Both the position numbers and the translations under genes were made by a program. Below the pieces are notes generated by a model. The model saw only the letters and a list, made by a program, of their open reading frames with translations. It did no database searches and was not told where the DNA came from. Below are positions 10,349 to 18,704 of a stretch of DNA of 64,000 nt, piece by piece (the first letter of the stretch is position 1; the number at the start of each line of letters is the position of its first letter). The DNA is from Cyclobacteriaceae bacterium. GTDB lineage: Bacteria; Bacteroidota; Bacteroidia; Cytophagales; Cyclobacteriaceae. The stretch lies in NCBI GenBank assembly GCA_040222715.1, contig JAVKCN010000015.1, forward strand, positions 39,163 through 103,162, in the 5' to 3' direction.

Positions 10349-11794
10349 ATGTCAGAAAAACGAAAAATCACCGTAGCCCACGGTGACGGCATAGGCCCAG
10401 AGATTATGAAGGCCACACTTGCTATTTTGGAAGCTTCTGAAGCAGCCATAGAACCCGAGGTTATTGAAATTGGGGAAAAGGTCTACCGAAGCGGTGTTAG
10501 TTCGGGTATTGAACCCGCCGCCTGGGATTCTTTGCGTAGTACCAAAGTTTTTCTAAAAGCTCCAATTACTACTCCCCAGGGTGGCGGTTACAAATCGTTG
10601 AACGTAACTACCCGGAAAACGTTGGGTTTGTACGCCAATGTGCGCCCCTGCCGTTCGTACAGCCCTTATGTGGCCACCCGACACGATACCATCGATATGG
10701 TCATTGTCCGCGAAAACGAAGAGGACTTATACGCAGGTATTGAGCACCAGCAAACCGAAGAAGTAGTACAATGCCTGAAACTGGTCAGCCGACCCGGTTG
10801 CGAGAAAATTGTGCGGTATGCCTTTGAGTACGCCAAAGCCTATAACCGCAAGAAAGTAACCTGCTTTTCCAAAGATAATATCATGAAGCTGACCGACGGT
10901 TTGTTTCACCGGGTCTTTGATGAAATCGGAGAAGAGTACCCGGATATTGAGAAAGAGCACATGATCATCGATATCGGCTCGGCCATCCTGGCAGATAAGC
11001 CCGAAACGCTGGATGTGGTGGTTACCCTAAACCTTTATGGTGATATTATTTCTGACATTGCCGCCCAGATTGCGGGTTCGGTTGGTCTGGGAGGATCGTC
11101 TAATGTAGGCGAAGGCTGCGCCATGTTTGAAGCCATCCACGGCTCGGCCCCCAACATTGCCGGAAAAGATGTAGCCAATCCCTCAGGACTGATTAACGCG
11201 GCCATCATGATGCTGGTACATATTGGGCAACCAGACGTGGCCACCCGCATTAACAATGCCTGGCTCTATACGCTGGAATCCGGCATCCATACGGCTGACA
11301 TTTACCGGATTGGATTGAGCAAAGAACTGGTCGGCACGCAGGCTTTTGCTGAGGAAATTATTAAAAACCTGGGGCAGAAGCCCAAACGCTTGAAAGCGGC
11401 CGACTATCATCCGGTAGAAGGGCAAAAGCTTCATCAGGTCTCGCCGCCCAAACCAAACTTGAAGAAAGAACTGGTTGGAGTGGATGTATTTGTGGATTGG
11501 AACGAAAATGGCCGCGACTCGAATGTCCTCGGTGAACGAATGACCGCCCTGAATGGCCAGGGGTTATCCCTGCAAGCAATCACCAACCGGGGCGTAAAAG
11601 TATATCCCGAAGGTGTTCCCGAAACTTTCCGTTCCGACCACTGGCGATGCCGATTTGTAGCCCCCGAGGGAGAAACGGCTTCGCACCAACAGATCATCGA
11701 TCTGCTACAGCGGATAAGCGAAGCCGGATTCGACTTTATCAAAACTGAACAGCTTTACCACTTCAATGGCCAACGCGCCTATTCAATGGCTTAG
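10349..11794 (+). CDS. icd: NADP-dependent isocitrate dehydrogenase (~480-aa type)
   Basis: AHGDGIGPEI, KAPITTPQGGGYKSLNV, NLYGDIISD, FEAIHGSAP; C-terminal extension ending in FNGQRAYSMA. Confidence 0.92.
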   Translation: MSEKRKITVAHGDGIGPEIMKATLAILEASEAAIEPEVIEIGEKVYRSGVSSGIEPAAWDSLRSTKVFLKAPITTPQGGGYKSLNVTTRKTLGLYANVRPCRSYSPYVATRHDTIDMVIVRENEEDLYAGIEHQQTEEVVQCLKLVSRPGCEKIVRYAFEYAKAYNRKKVTCFSKDNIMKLTDGLFHRVFDEIGEEYPDIEKEHMIIDIGSAILADKPETLDVVVTLNLYGDIISDIAAQIAGSVGLGGSSNVGEGCAMFEAIHGSAPNIAGKDVANPSGLINAAIMMLVHIGQPDVATRINNAWLYTLESGIHTADIYRIGLSKELVGTQAFAEEIIKNLGQKPKRLKAADYHPVEGQKLHQVSPPKPNLKKELVGVDVFVDWNENGRDSNVLGERMTALNGQGLSLQAITNRGVKVYPEGVPETFRSDHWRCRFVAPEGETASHQQIIDLLQRISEAGFDFIKTEQLYHFNGQRAYSMA

Positions 11795-11810
11795 GGATAA
11801 TAACTTTGAT

Positions 11811-11874
11811 AATGAAGAATGATTAATGAATGATGACTAACCCATTACTCATCATTCATTAATCATTCTTCATT
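11811..11874. repeat. Perfect 26-bp inverted repeat between convergent genes (probable bidirectional terminator/REP-like)
   Basis: AATGAAGAATGATTAATGAATGATGA (11811-11836), a 12-nt loop, and its exact reverse complement (11849-11874). Confidence 0.85.
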
Positions 11875-11880
11875 CATTGA

Positions 11881-12399
11881 TTACTCTTCTTTTTTATCAG
11901 TTGCGGTGGCCTCTTCCGCGGGCGACTCGGCAGTTGCCTCAGCTTCTTCTTTGGGAGTTTCCGCTGATGCTGACTCCGCTGGCTTTTCCTCTTTTTTGGC
12001 ATCTTCCGGTGTAAGTACTTCCGGGGCATATTTTAGTAATAGACCGTACCAGTTCACCAGCTTCTTCATATCGGAAACATACACCCGGTCTTCATCATAA
12101 TCGGGCACCACGTGTTTAAGAAAGGCTTTTAGTTCTTCTCCGTCAGAAGTATCTACTCCGGGATCATCGCCAAATTCCTGGAAGATCTTTTGAAAAACAT
12201 CTTCCAGAGGAACGGCCCCCTCGGCACTGGTGGTGTAGATGGATACTTCTTTCAGTACCGATACTCTTTGGTTCACACCAATTACCAGTTTCTTCTTCTG
12301 CTCATCCAGTGTTTCTACAATCATTCCCGTACGGGTAGGTTTCAACACCTGAAATAATCCTCCCTTTCCTGTAATAGAGGCAATTTCGCTTAATTCCAT
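11881..12399 (-). CDS. DUF5606-like conserved Bacteroidota protein
   Basis: MELSEIASITGKGGLF...EVSIYT...VPDYDEDRVYVSDMKKLVNWY; acidic/Ala-rich tail. Confidence 0.75.
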   Translation of the reverse strand: MELSEIASITGKGGLFQVLKPTRTGMIVETLDEQKKKLVIGVNQRVSVLKEVSIYTTSAEGAVPLEDVFQKIFQEFGDDPGVDTSDGEELKAFLKHVVPDYDEDRVYVSDMKKLVNWYGLLLKYAPEVLTPEDAKKEEKPAESASAETPKEEAEATAESPAEEATATDKKEE

Positions 12400-12475
12400 A
12401 GTATCAATTTAGTTTTATTAGCTAACGACCAGCGCCGGGCACTGTTGTGAAAACGGGGGCGAATATAATAAAAAG

Positions 12476-13078
12476 CTATTGGGTTGTTGTCAGCAAGGTA
12501 GACAGATACTGTAAAATTTCTTCCCGGCCCTCCTTGGTCACCGCCGAGCTAACCAGCCTGGGAGGCAATTCGGCCCAGGTTTCCAGCATCGCTGCCTCAA
12601 AGGCGCGGATAGATTTCCGGGTTTTCTTCTCATTTTGCTTATCCGCCTTGGTGAAGATAATGGCAAACGGAACGCCCTGCTGCCCTAACCAGTCTACAAA
12701 TGCCAGGTCAATGGCCTGGGGCGGGAGGCGGGAGTCGATAAGTACGAACAGATTGACCAACTGAGGGCGATTGAGCAGATAGGCTTCAATCATGTGGCCC
12801 CAGTCGTTGCGGAGGGTTTTGCTTACTTTGGCGTAGCCATAGCCCGGTAAATCCACCAGGTGCCACTCCTGATTAATCAGGAAATGATTGATGGTCTGGG
12901 TTTTTCCGGGAGTATTGGAAGTCTTGGCCAGCTTTTTCCGCTCCGTCAACATATTAATGAGGGACGACTTGCCCACATTAGACCGGCCAATGAAGGCGAA
13001 CTCAGGCAGCTTGCTGGTAGGGCATTGCTCGATCAGGGTGCTGCTGGTCACAAACTCCGACTGCTTAATTTTCATCAT
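12476..13078 (-). CDS. engB: Ribosome biogenesis GTP-binding protein YihA/YsxC
   Basis: G1 GRSNVGKSS, G3 DLPGYG, G4 TKAD. Confidence 0.95.
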   Translation of the reverse strand: MMKIKQSEFVTSSTLIEQCPTSKLPEFAFIGRSNVGKSSLINMLTERKKLAKTSNTPGKTQTINHFLINQEWHLVDLPGYGYAKVSKTLRNDWGHMIEAYLLNRPQLVNLFVLIDSRLPPQAIDLAFVDWLGQQGVPFAIIFTKADKQNEKKTRKSIRAFEAAMLETWAELPPRLVSSAVTKEGREEILQYLSTLLTTTQ

Positions 13079-13722
13079 TACTTAGGTGCTTCAACGTCTT
13101 CGGGTTCGTTTACGAGTTTAAACATCGGACGTTTAAATACCGGACGGCCGGTGCTGTCCAGCGTAGACATTAATTCTTTGTTTTCCTCAATAAAGCGGTT
13201 AAAATCCCGGCTGAAATGATCGTACCGTAAGCGATAGAGCATCACACTGCTGTTCTCACTGATGATCTTATCAGTCAGGTACATCACGCGGGGGTGTTCC
13301 CCATCGTCAGGGTAACGATCGGTGAGGGTGATGAGCGAGTCACTGACCAGCACCGTCAGGCTATCGTACTGACGGATCTGCTGCGCGTTGGCCATGGTCA
13401 CCGAATCGAAGGTGATCTGCCGAAGCTCTTCTACCATCTGCTGAAGGGTGTCGAGCGTATCGCGGCTTACCAGATCGCTCTTACTTACCTCCTGAAGCAA
13501 CTGATCCAGATAGGCGAGCTTCTGATCATCGCTTTGCTTCAGTGTAGTCCAGGCATAATTCAGGCTGTCGTTCAGACTGTAATAGGTACTACGCAGGGAA
13601 TCGAACTGCTCGATAGATACTTGTTCTCCCTGCCGGTTGATGGTGGTACTACAACCTAAAAGCCAAAACCATACAATAGAAAGAAAGCTCATCCAAAGCC
13701 GGGGCCGATGCGTATACTGCAT
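13078..13722 (-). CDS. Hypothetical lipoprotein, helical
   Basis: Lipobox LLGC; 214-aa ORF abutting engB. Confidence 0.65.
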   Translation of the reverse strand: MQYTHRPRLWMSFLSIVWFWLLGCSTTINRQGEQVSIEQFDSLRSTYYSLNDSLNYAWTTLKQSDDQKLAYLDQLLQEVSKSDLVSRDTLDTLQQMVEELRQITFDSVTMANAQQIRQYDSLTVLVSDSLITLTDRYPDDGEHPRVMYLTDKIISENSSVMLYRLRYDHFSRDFNRFIEENKELMSTLDSTGRPVFKRPMFKLVNEPEDVEAPK

Positions 13723-13842
13723 AGAAAATCAGGATTTGCCTACTATATAAGGATTACCGGTAAAAATGCAAATGGTACGTACGAATATACGCCATTTTGT
13801 ACCGGATTTGTTAATTTCGTCCAAAATTTGTTCTCTTCGCGT

Positions 13843-14421
13843 ATGTCTTCTTCCAAAAAATATTTACAAAATGCTTACGATTATTTCCACATCCTCAATA
13901 TTGTTTTTTACATACTGATTGCCCTGCCCCTGCTGGGGTTTTGTTATGCCTATTTACAATATGAAGCCCAGGGTGGGCTGCTCCCCACCCAACAATTTTC
14001 TGCCCTGCACCTGGCACTGATCTTAGGCACCGGACTGGTACTCGGACTGGCTTTCTGGTGGTATCGCCGCGGCATGCAGCAGGTAGAAGCCGACTGGTCG
14101 CTTCAGCGCAAGCTGGAGTTTTTTTACCACCGAATCCGGGAGAAATATTTTTTGTTCATGATTGCCAACAGCCTGGCGGCCCTGGGCCTGTACCTGACGG
14201 GCGAGCAGTTGTTTGCTGCCGTGTACACTGTAGCCCTGGTGGCATTCTCCTTGCACCGCCCCACCCCCCAGCGGGTAATTAAGGACCTGAGACTCTCCAA
14301 ACCGGAACAGAACCACCTCGTCAGCAACCGACCGTACGACCTACCCACCGAGGTGGAGGAGGAAGAAGCGTTCGAAGAAGTTGAGGAGGAGGACGATGAG
14401 GAAGATGAAAGATACGAATAG
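13843..14421 (+). CDS. Hypothetical membrane protein with acidic C-terminal tail
   Basis: Four hydrophobic segments from ATG 13843 (MSSSKK); the upstream ORF extension overlaps the divergent promoter region. Confidence 0.7.
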   Translation: MSSSKKYLQNAYDYFHILNIVFYILIALPLLGFCYAYLQYEAQGGLLPTQQFSALHLALILGTGLVLGLAFWWYRRGMQQVEADWSLQRKLEFFYHRIREKYFLFMIANSLAALGLYLTGEQLFAAVYTVALVAFSLHRPTPQRVIKDLRLSKPEQNHLVSNRPYDLPTEVEEEEAFEEVEEEDDEEDERYE

Positions 14422-14571
14422 GCCGAAGCTCCGGCCAGGACTTCTTCACCACCTTCTCAAATACCGTCAGCACCCTTCCACGCCGCCCTTAATGCACCCG
14501 GGCTCCAGCGTATAAGACGTTAGGTACCGTCTGGTTTTGGCGCACCCATCAGGAAAAAGATGGCTCAGTAG

Positions 14572-15690
14572 ATGACAATTCATCTGAAAACAACACTAAT
14601 ATGTAGGAGAAGCGCTTCAGGCAATCATGCTACTATCGTAAATCCTAATTTTATGAGTCAAACGGAAGAAAGAATCTGGGCCGATGCCCACTCCCGGGGT
14701 AGGATAGAACAAGATCCGGGACCTGTCTTCTGGCTCTGGAATTTTGATATCAATGATGACCAGCCCCGGCCCGAGCACATCAGTTTTTTAGCAGGCCCGG
14801 ACTTTATGCGCTTCCTGATACTGCAATTCCGGCATGGCCACCCCATTGAGATTACCGGTTTGGCCAGCTCCAGCGGTAGTCAAAGATTAAACCTGGATCT
14901 TTCCCGAAGAAGGGCTCAGCAGGTAAAGCAACTGGTGATTGAGGTGCTTAAAATTATGCGCAATCGCCGCCTGATAGATCCTTCTTTTACCGATCCCCTA
15001 CTGAACCGTAGCATTATCGCCAGTGGGGCGGGCAGATCTACCATATTCTTCCACCGAGCCAGCGATACTATTCCGGTGCCGGTGCACGAGGAAGGCGGTC
15101 AGTATGCCAACAACCGGGGAGTGCGTATCTGCCTGAGCCCCAACGGGAAGCTGACTGACGATCAGATTGAAATTATTGGCCGGGCCTACTTACGCACCAA
15201 GTTTCCCCAACTTCCTGCCTATTTCTCTTTTTGGGAGATGTGGGCCCCCACCTCCGATGCCATCGTACAATTGGTGCCGCGGCTACCCAATGAAAATAGC
15301 ACGCTAAGAGGGCGCCGAGTACCGCCCAATTGGCCATGGCGAAACTTTCGCCCTGGTTCCCGGGCTATGATTGAAGCTGGATTCGCGGAAGGAGAATTTT
15401 CTACCATGCGGTACTGGCTGCGAAATTTTATGTATAACGATGCGGAAGTGCACCGAAATATTGACCGTTTCATCAGCAATGCCGCCGCCGCCAAAAACCG
15501 CATTCAGGAGCTGGAACGGAGAATCGTACAGTGGTCGCACCGAACTGCCGCCATTGGGGGCGGAGGAATGATGGTGCATGACCTACGCCGGTATCTGACT
15601 TTCCGAAGAATTGTGTTTCTTGAAGACCCGAACTGTCTGTTACATTATAACGGATTTCGCCCAACAGACTTTCCCTTACCGGCCCGATAA
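14572..15690 (+). CDS. Hypothetical protein with N-terminal OmpA-like (peptidoglycan-binding) domain and unknown C-terminal domain
   Basis: LWNFDIND...IEITGLASSSGSQRLNLDLSRRRAQQVK...ASGAG...NRGVRI resembles the OmpA C-domain; no signal peptide; start may be ATG 14653. Confidence 0.6.
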   Translation: MTIHLKTTLICRRSASGNHATIVNPNFMSQTEERIWADAHSRGRIEQDPGPVFWLWNFDINDDQPRPEHISFLAGPDFMRFLILQFRHGHPIEITGLASSSGSQRLNLDLSRRRAQQVKQLVIEVLKIMRNRRLIDPSFTDPLLNRSIIASGAGRSTIFFHRASDTIPVPVHEEGGQYANNRGVRICLSPNGKLTDDQIEIIGRAYLRTKFPQLPAYFSFWEMWAPTSDAIVQLVPRLPNENSTLRGRRVPPNWPWRNFRPGSRAMIEAGFAEGEFSTMRYWLRNFMYNDAEVHRNIDRFISNAAAAKNRIQELERRIVQWSHRTAAIGGGGMMVHDLRRYLTFRRIVFLEDPNCLLHYNGFRPTDFPLPAR

Positions 15691-15857
15691 TTTTTCTCAC
15701 GATTGAGGAGCATTAGCGTTGAAAAGACTTTCCCGATAATCACAAGATCATATACTGACCAAGCTCCTCATATCGAGATTCAAGACCAATTAGCAAGGTA
15801 ATATCGCTTTATACCCTTTGGCTTACATTGCTCATTAATCTTCTTTCAGAAGCCAAA

Positions 15858-16010
15858 GCAGGCAGGAAATATGGCTGCGACACCCGGCGAAACAACAAAG
15901 CAGGGCGGGAATGGTCTCACGACGCCTGTCGGAAAAAGAAAACCGGGGTGCATTGGTGCGACGACACCCGGAGGATGTACAATGACGGGCTGAAAAATAA
16001 TTCCGACAGG
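15858..16010 (+). repeat. Degenerate 42-bp tandem repeat array (~3.6 units)
   Basis: CGAC recurs at 15878, 15920, 15962 and 16004 with GG and other positions in register; 10-bp perfect inverted repeat CCTGTCGGAA (15925) / TTCCGACAGG (16001). Confidence 0.65.
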
Positions 16011-16214
16011 AGAGGATTCCTTCTCCCGCCTGATTCCTACATGTTTTTTACCTACAAGTATGCGGTTAAACAGGTATTTTGAAGCCTATAAGCTATTTTT
16101 TTAAGACAGACTGGTTTAAATTCTTGCATGCACCCATAACACGATCAGTTTGTCTTTTTTTACGGGCTGTTCGCTATGGTTTTTGCTCGCTTTCGGCAAA
16201 CAACCCTGTGTGTT

Positions 16215-16850
16215 ATGAAAAATGAGGCCACGCTGATCCGACAGTTTAAGATTGCCACGCACAATGCGCTGGCTTTCCCGGAAATATTGCAGCAACTGGA
16301 GCAGCATACCCTCAATGAGGCTAAGGTTAAAGAAGGTAAGAAGATTGGGCAACGGGCCATACAACTGCGGCAACAACACCAGCAACTGAAAGCGGATTCT
16401 AAAGAAGCGACCCGGCTCTTTCAGGAAGCTTTTGCCAAAGCCGATTTCCTCTACGGAGAACATCGCACCCTGGCCCAGGTAGCATTTAAAGATCAGGCGA
16501 CCGCATGGGATAAACTGAATCTGAATGGTAGCCGCAAACTACCCCTCATCCACTGGCTGGAGCAGGCCCAGCAATTCTATTCTAATGCCCTTCCCTATAC
16601 TGATACCCTGGCGAAATATAATATGCCTCAGGCAACGCTGAACGAAGCTCGAAAGTTGGTAGATCATATTGAAACGCTGGATATTCTTCGGCAACAGACC
16701 AAAAGCCAGTTACAGGTACTTACCCAGCAAAAGCAGGAAGCAATGACCGAGTTGGAACAATGGATGCGTCGCTTTTACCGTATTGCCCGCGTAGCGCTTG
16801 AAGAGCAGCCTCAACACCTGGAAGCCCTGGGCCTGGTCGTAAAGGCATAG
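16215..16850 (+). CDS. Hypothetical all-helical cytoplasmic protein (~211 aa), paralog of 61486-62118
   Basis: Shares motifs with 61486-62118 by eye alignment, e.g. LEQWMRRFYRIARVALEEQPQHLEALG vs LQAWMYRFDKIAQLAFDDNPQQREALG; probable start ATG 16215. Confidence 0.8.
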   Translation: MKNEATLIRQFKIATHNALAFPEILQQLEQHTLNEAKVKEGKKIGQRAIQLRQQHQQLKADSKEATRLFQEAFAKADFLYGEHRTLAQVAFKDQATAWDKLNLNGSRKLPLIHWLEQAQQFYSNALPYTDTLAKYNMPQATLNEARKLVDHIETLDILRQQTKSQLQVLTQQKQEAMTELEQWMRRFYRIARVALEEQPQHLEALGLVVKA

Positions 16851-16901
16851 TACCAGACTCACTCCCTATATTTCTTATTATCCAACTTACCATTTACCGT
16901 A

Positions 16902-18599
16902 GTGCTACGAAAAAATTGCTATCTATTGCTGGGCGCCCTCTTCGTCCTTATTGGGTGCGAAAAAGAAGAACCCGTTGTATTACCCAATCTCGAGATTGTT
17001 AACGCCACCCAGATTACCAACAACGCCGCCACCTTACAGGCCAAAATTTTAGAGAAAGGAACAGCAGAGATTATAGAATTTGGTTTTATCTGGCAAGCCA
17101 ACGGTGAACCCTTCCTGGATAACCCGGCCACCCAAAAAGTCATTCTCGATACCCCGGTAGAAGAAGGCGCTATTTCGGCAACCATCTCCGGCTTACAGGC
17201 AGGCACGGCCTACTCCTATAAAGCCTTCGTCAGTACCCAGTCGGATACGTATACCAGTATGGTAACTTCCTTCCAAACGCAGACCCCGCTGATAGAAAGC
17301 ATCAGCCCAGCCGAGGGTATACAGGATACTGAAGTAACCCTTACCGGACAATACTTCAGCTCTAACCCGGATCAGGTAAAAGTATTTGTAGAAGGAGAAG
17401 CCGCCGAAGTAACCGCCGCATCTGAGACCCAGCTAACCTTTATCATGCCTGAAAACACCCCCGGAAATGTAGTAGTTCAGGTAGAGGTGAATGGAGTACG
17501 CAGCACCGAAGCGGCAAATTTCAACTACCTCTACAGCTTCACCCTAAGACATCATGAGGTAAGAGCCGGTAAAACGGTGGTTGTCAATGTTTTTAACTCT
17601 AGTCAGGGGAATACCTATAAGATTGGAGGCATAGAGGCTAAGCAAGCATGGACCTGGCTTAACGATGGGTATCGGGAAATTGGGGTTGAAGTTCCGGCCA
17701 GCCTGCCCCCCGGTGAGACAACCATAGAGGTATTTGATACTGATGGAAACCCGCTGGCCAATGCGCACCCCGATCCTCTTACGATTATCCCCAGCGGCAC
17801 CTGGGCAAAAAAACAGGATGTTGATGTGGGGGGATACTATAAAACGGTAGGGTTTGTGGTTAACGGCAAAGGATACGTCATTGCGGGAGATAAAGTACAT
17901 CCCTACGATCAGGATACTGATTCCTGGTCGGCCCCTGCAACCATAGATTTTCTTTCTAATTCATTCTTCTATCTGAATGCATTTATTATAGAGGGAGATG
18001 CCTACATTTTAGCCGATACTGAACTTTATCGCTTTGATCCGGCTACGCTGTCGCTGGAAGTTCGCCAAAGTTTTCCCGGAGCTGGAAAACACTACTTAAT
18101 ATCTTTTTCGGATGGCAATCATCTCTTTACCGGACTAGGCTACTATTACTCTGATACAAACGAGCAGATAGCCCCGGCCGACTTCTGGAAATACCAGCCC
18201 TCATCCGACACCTGGATGCAATTGGCTGATCTTCCGTCATCCATTCATTACGCAAATCCCGCTCCGGTAGCCGCTTACCTGCATGGCAAGGGGTACATAT
18301 TTGGGCTCGATAAACAAGTAGTGTATGATACAAAGGCAGCCAGCACATTGGAAACCGATGTCATGGTAGACCGGTTTGAGATTGACCATATATTTACTTT
18401 AAACAATAGACTATACTACGGAAGAGATACGTTCTACGAGTTTGATCCGTCAAAAGAGATCGTACTGGAAGAATCTACGAGTGCTGCCGTATCGGCAAAT
18501 CCCAGATTCACTCTCATTTTTGAAGACAAAGCCTATGTTGGAGTAGCGAAAGATGGCACCCCGGCTATTGAACTATGGAAATTTACTCCAGGGTGGTAG
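16902..18599 (+). CDS. Surface lipoprotein with Fn3-like, IPT/TIG and Kelch-like beta-propeller regions
   Basis: Lipobox LIGC; ISGLQAGTAYSYKAF (Fn3-like); IESISPAEG...VTLTGQYF (IPT/TIG); GFVVNGKGYV, WMQLADLP (Kelch-like). Confidence 0.75.
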   Translation: MLRKNCYLLLGALFVLIGCEKEEPVVLPNLEIVNATQITNNAATLQAKILEKGTAEIIEFGFIWQANGEPFLDNPATQKVILDTPVEEGAISATISGLQAGTAYSYKAFVSTQSDTYTSMVTSFQTQTPLIESISPAEGIQDTEVTLTGQYFSSNPDQVKVFVEGEAAEVTAASETQLTFIMPENTPGNVVVQVEVNGVRSTEAANFNYLYSFTLRHHEVRAGKTVVVNVFNSSQGNTYKIGGIEAKQAWTWLNDGYREIGVEVPASLPPGETTIEVFDTDGNPLANAHPDPLTIIPSGTWAKKQDVDVGGYYKTVGFVVNGKGYVIAGDKVHPYDQDTDSWSAPATIDFLSNSFFYLNAFIIEGDAYILADTELYRFDPATLSLEVRQSFPGAGKHYLISFSDGNHLFTGLGYYYSDTNEQIAPADFWKYQPSSDTWMQLADLPSSIHYANPAPVAAYLHGKGYIFGLDKQVVYDTKAASTLETDVMVDRFEIDHIFTLNNRLYYGRDTFYEFDPSKEIVLEESTSAAVSANPRFTLIFEDKAYVGVAKDGTPAIELWKFTPGW

Positions 18600-18704
18600 G
18601 CATTTCATGAGTCAGAGGGGGGGGCGCTAATCCGTATTATTTTAAATGAACTCAGAATTTTCGTTTGGTTGTTGTATCTTTAAAACCGCAACACCTACGT
18701 TATT

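Noticed and set aside
14430-14570. Minus-strand fragment VLTVFEKVVKKSWPELR suggesting a gene remnant
   Set aside because: Too short, interrupted by a stop, and no identifiable family.
18617-18624. G8 homopolymer upstream of the cytochrome c/GSDH gene
   Set aside because: Not within a CDS or a recognisable promoter spacer; too short to call a phase-variable tract.
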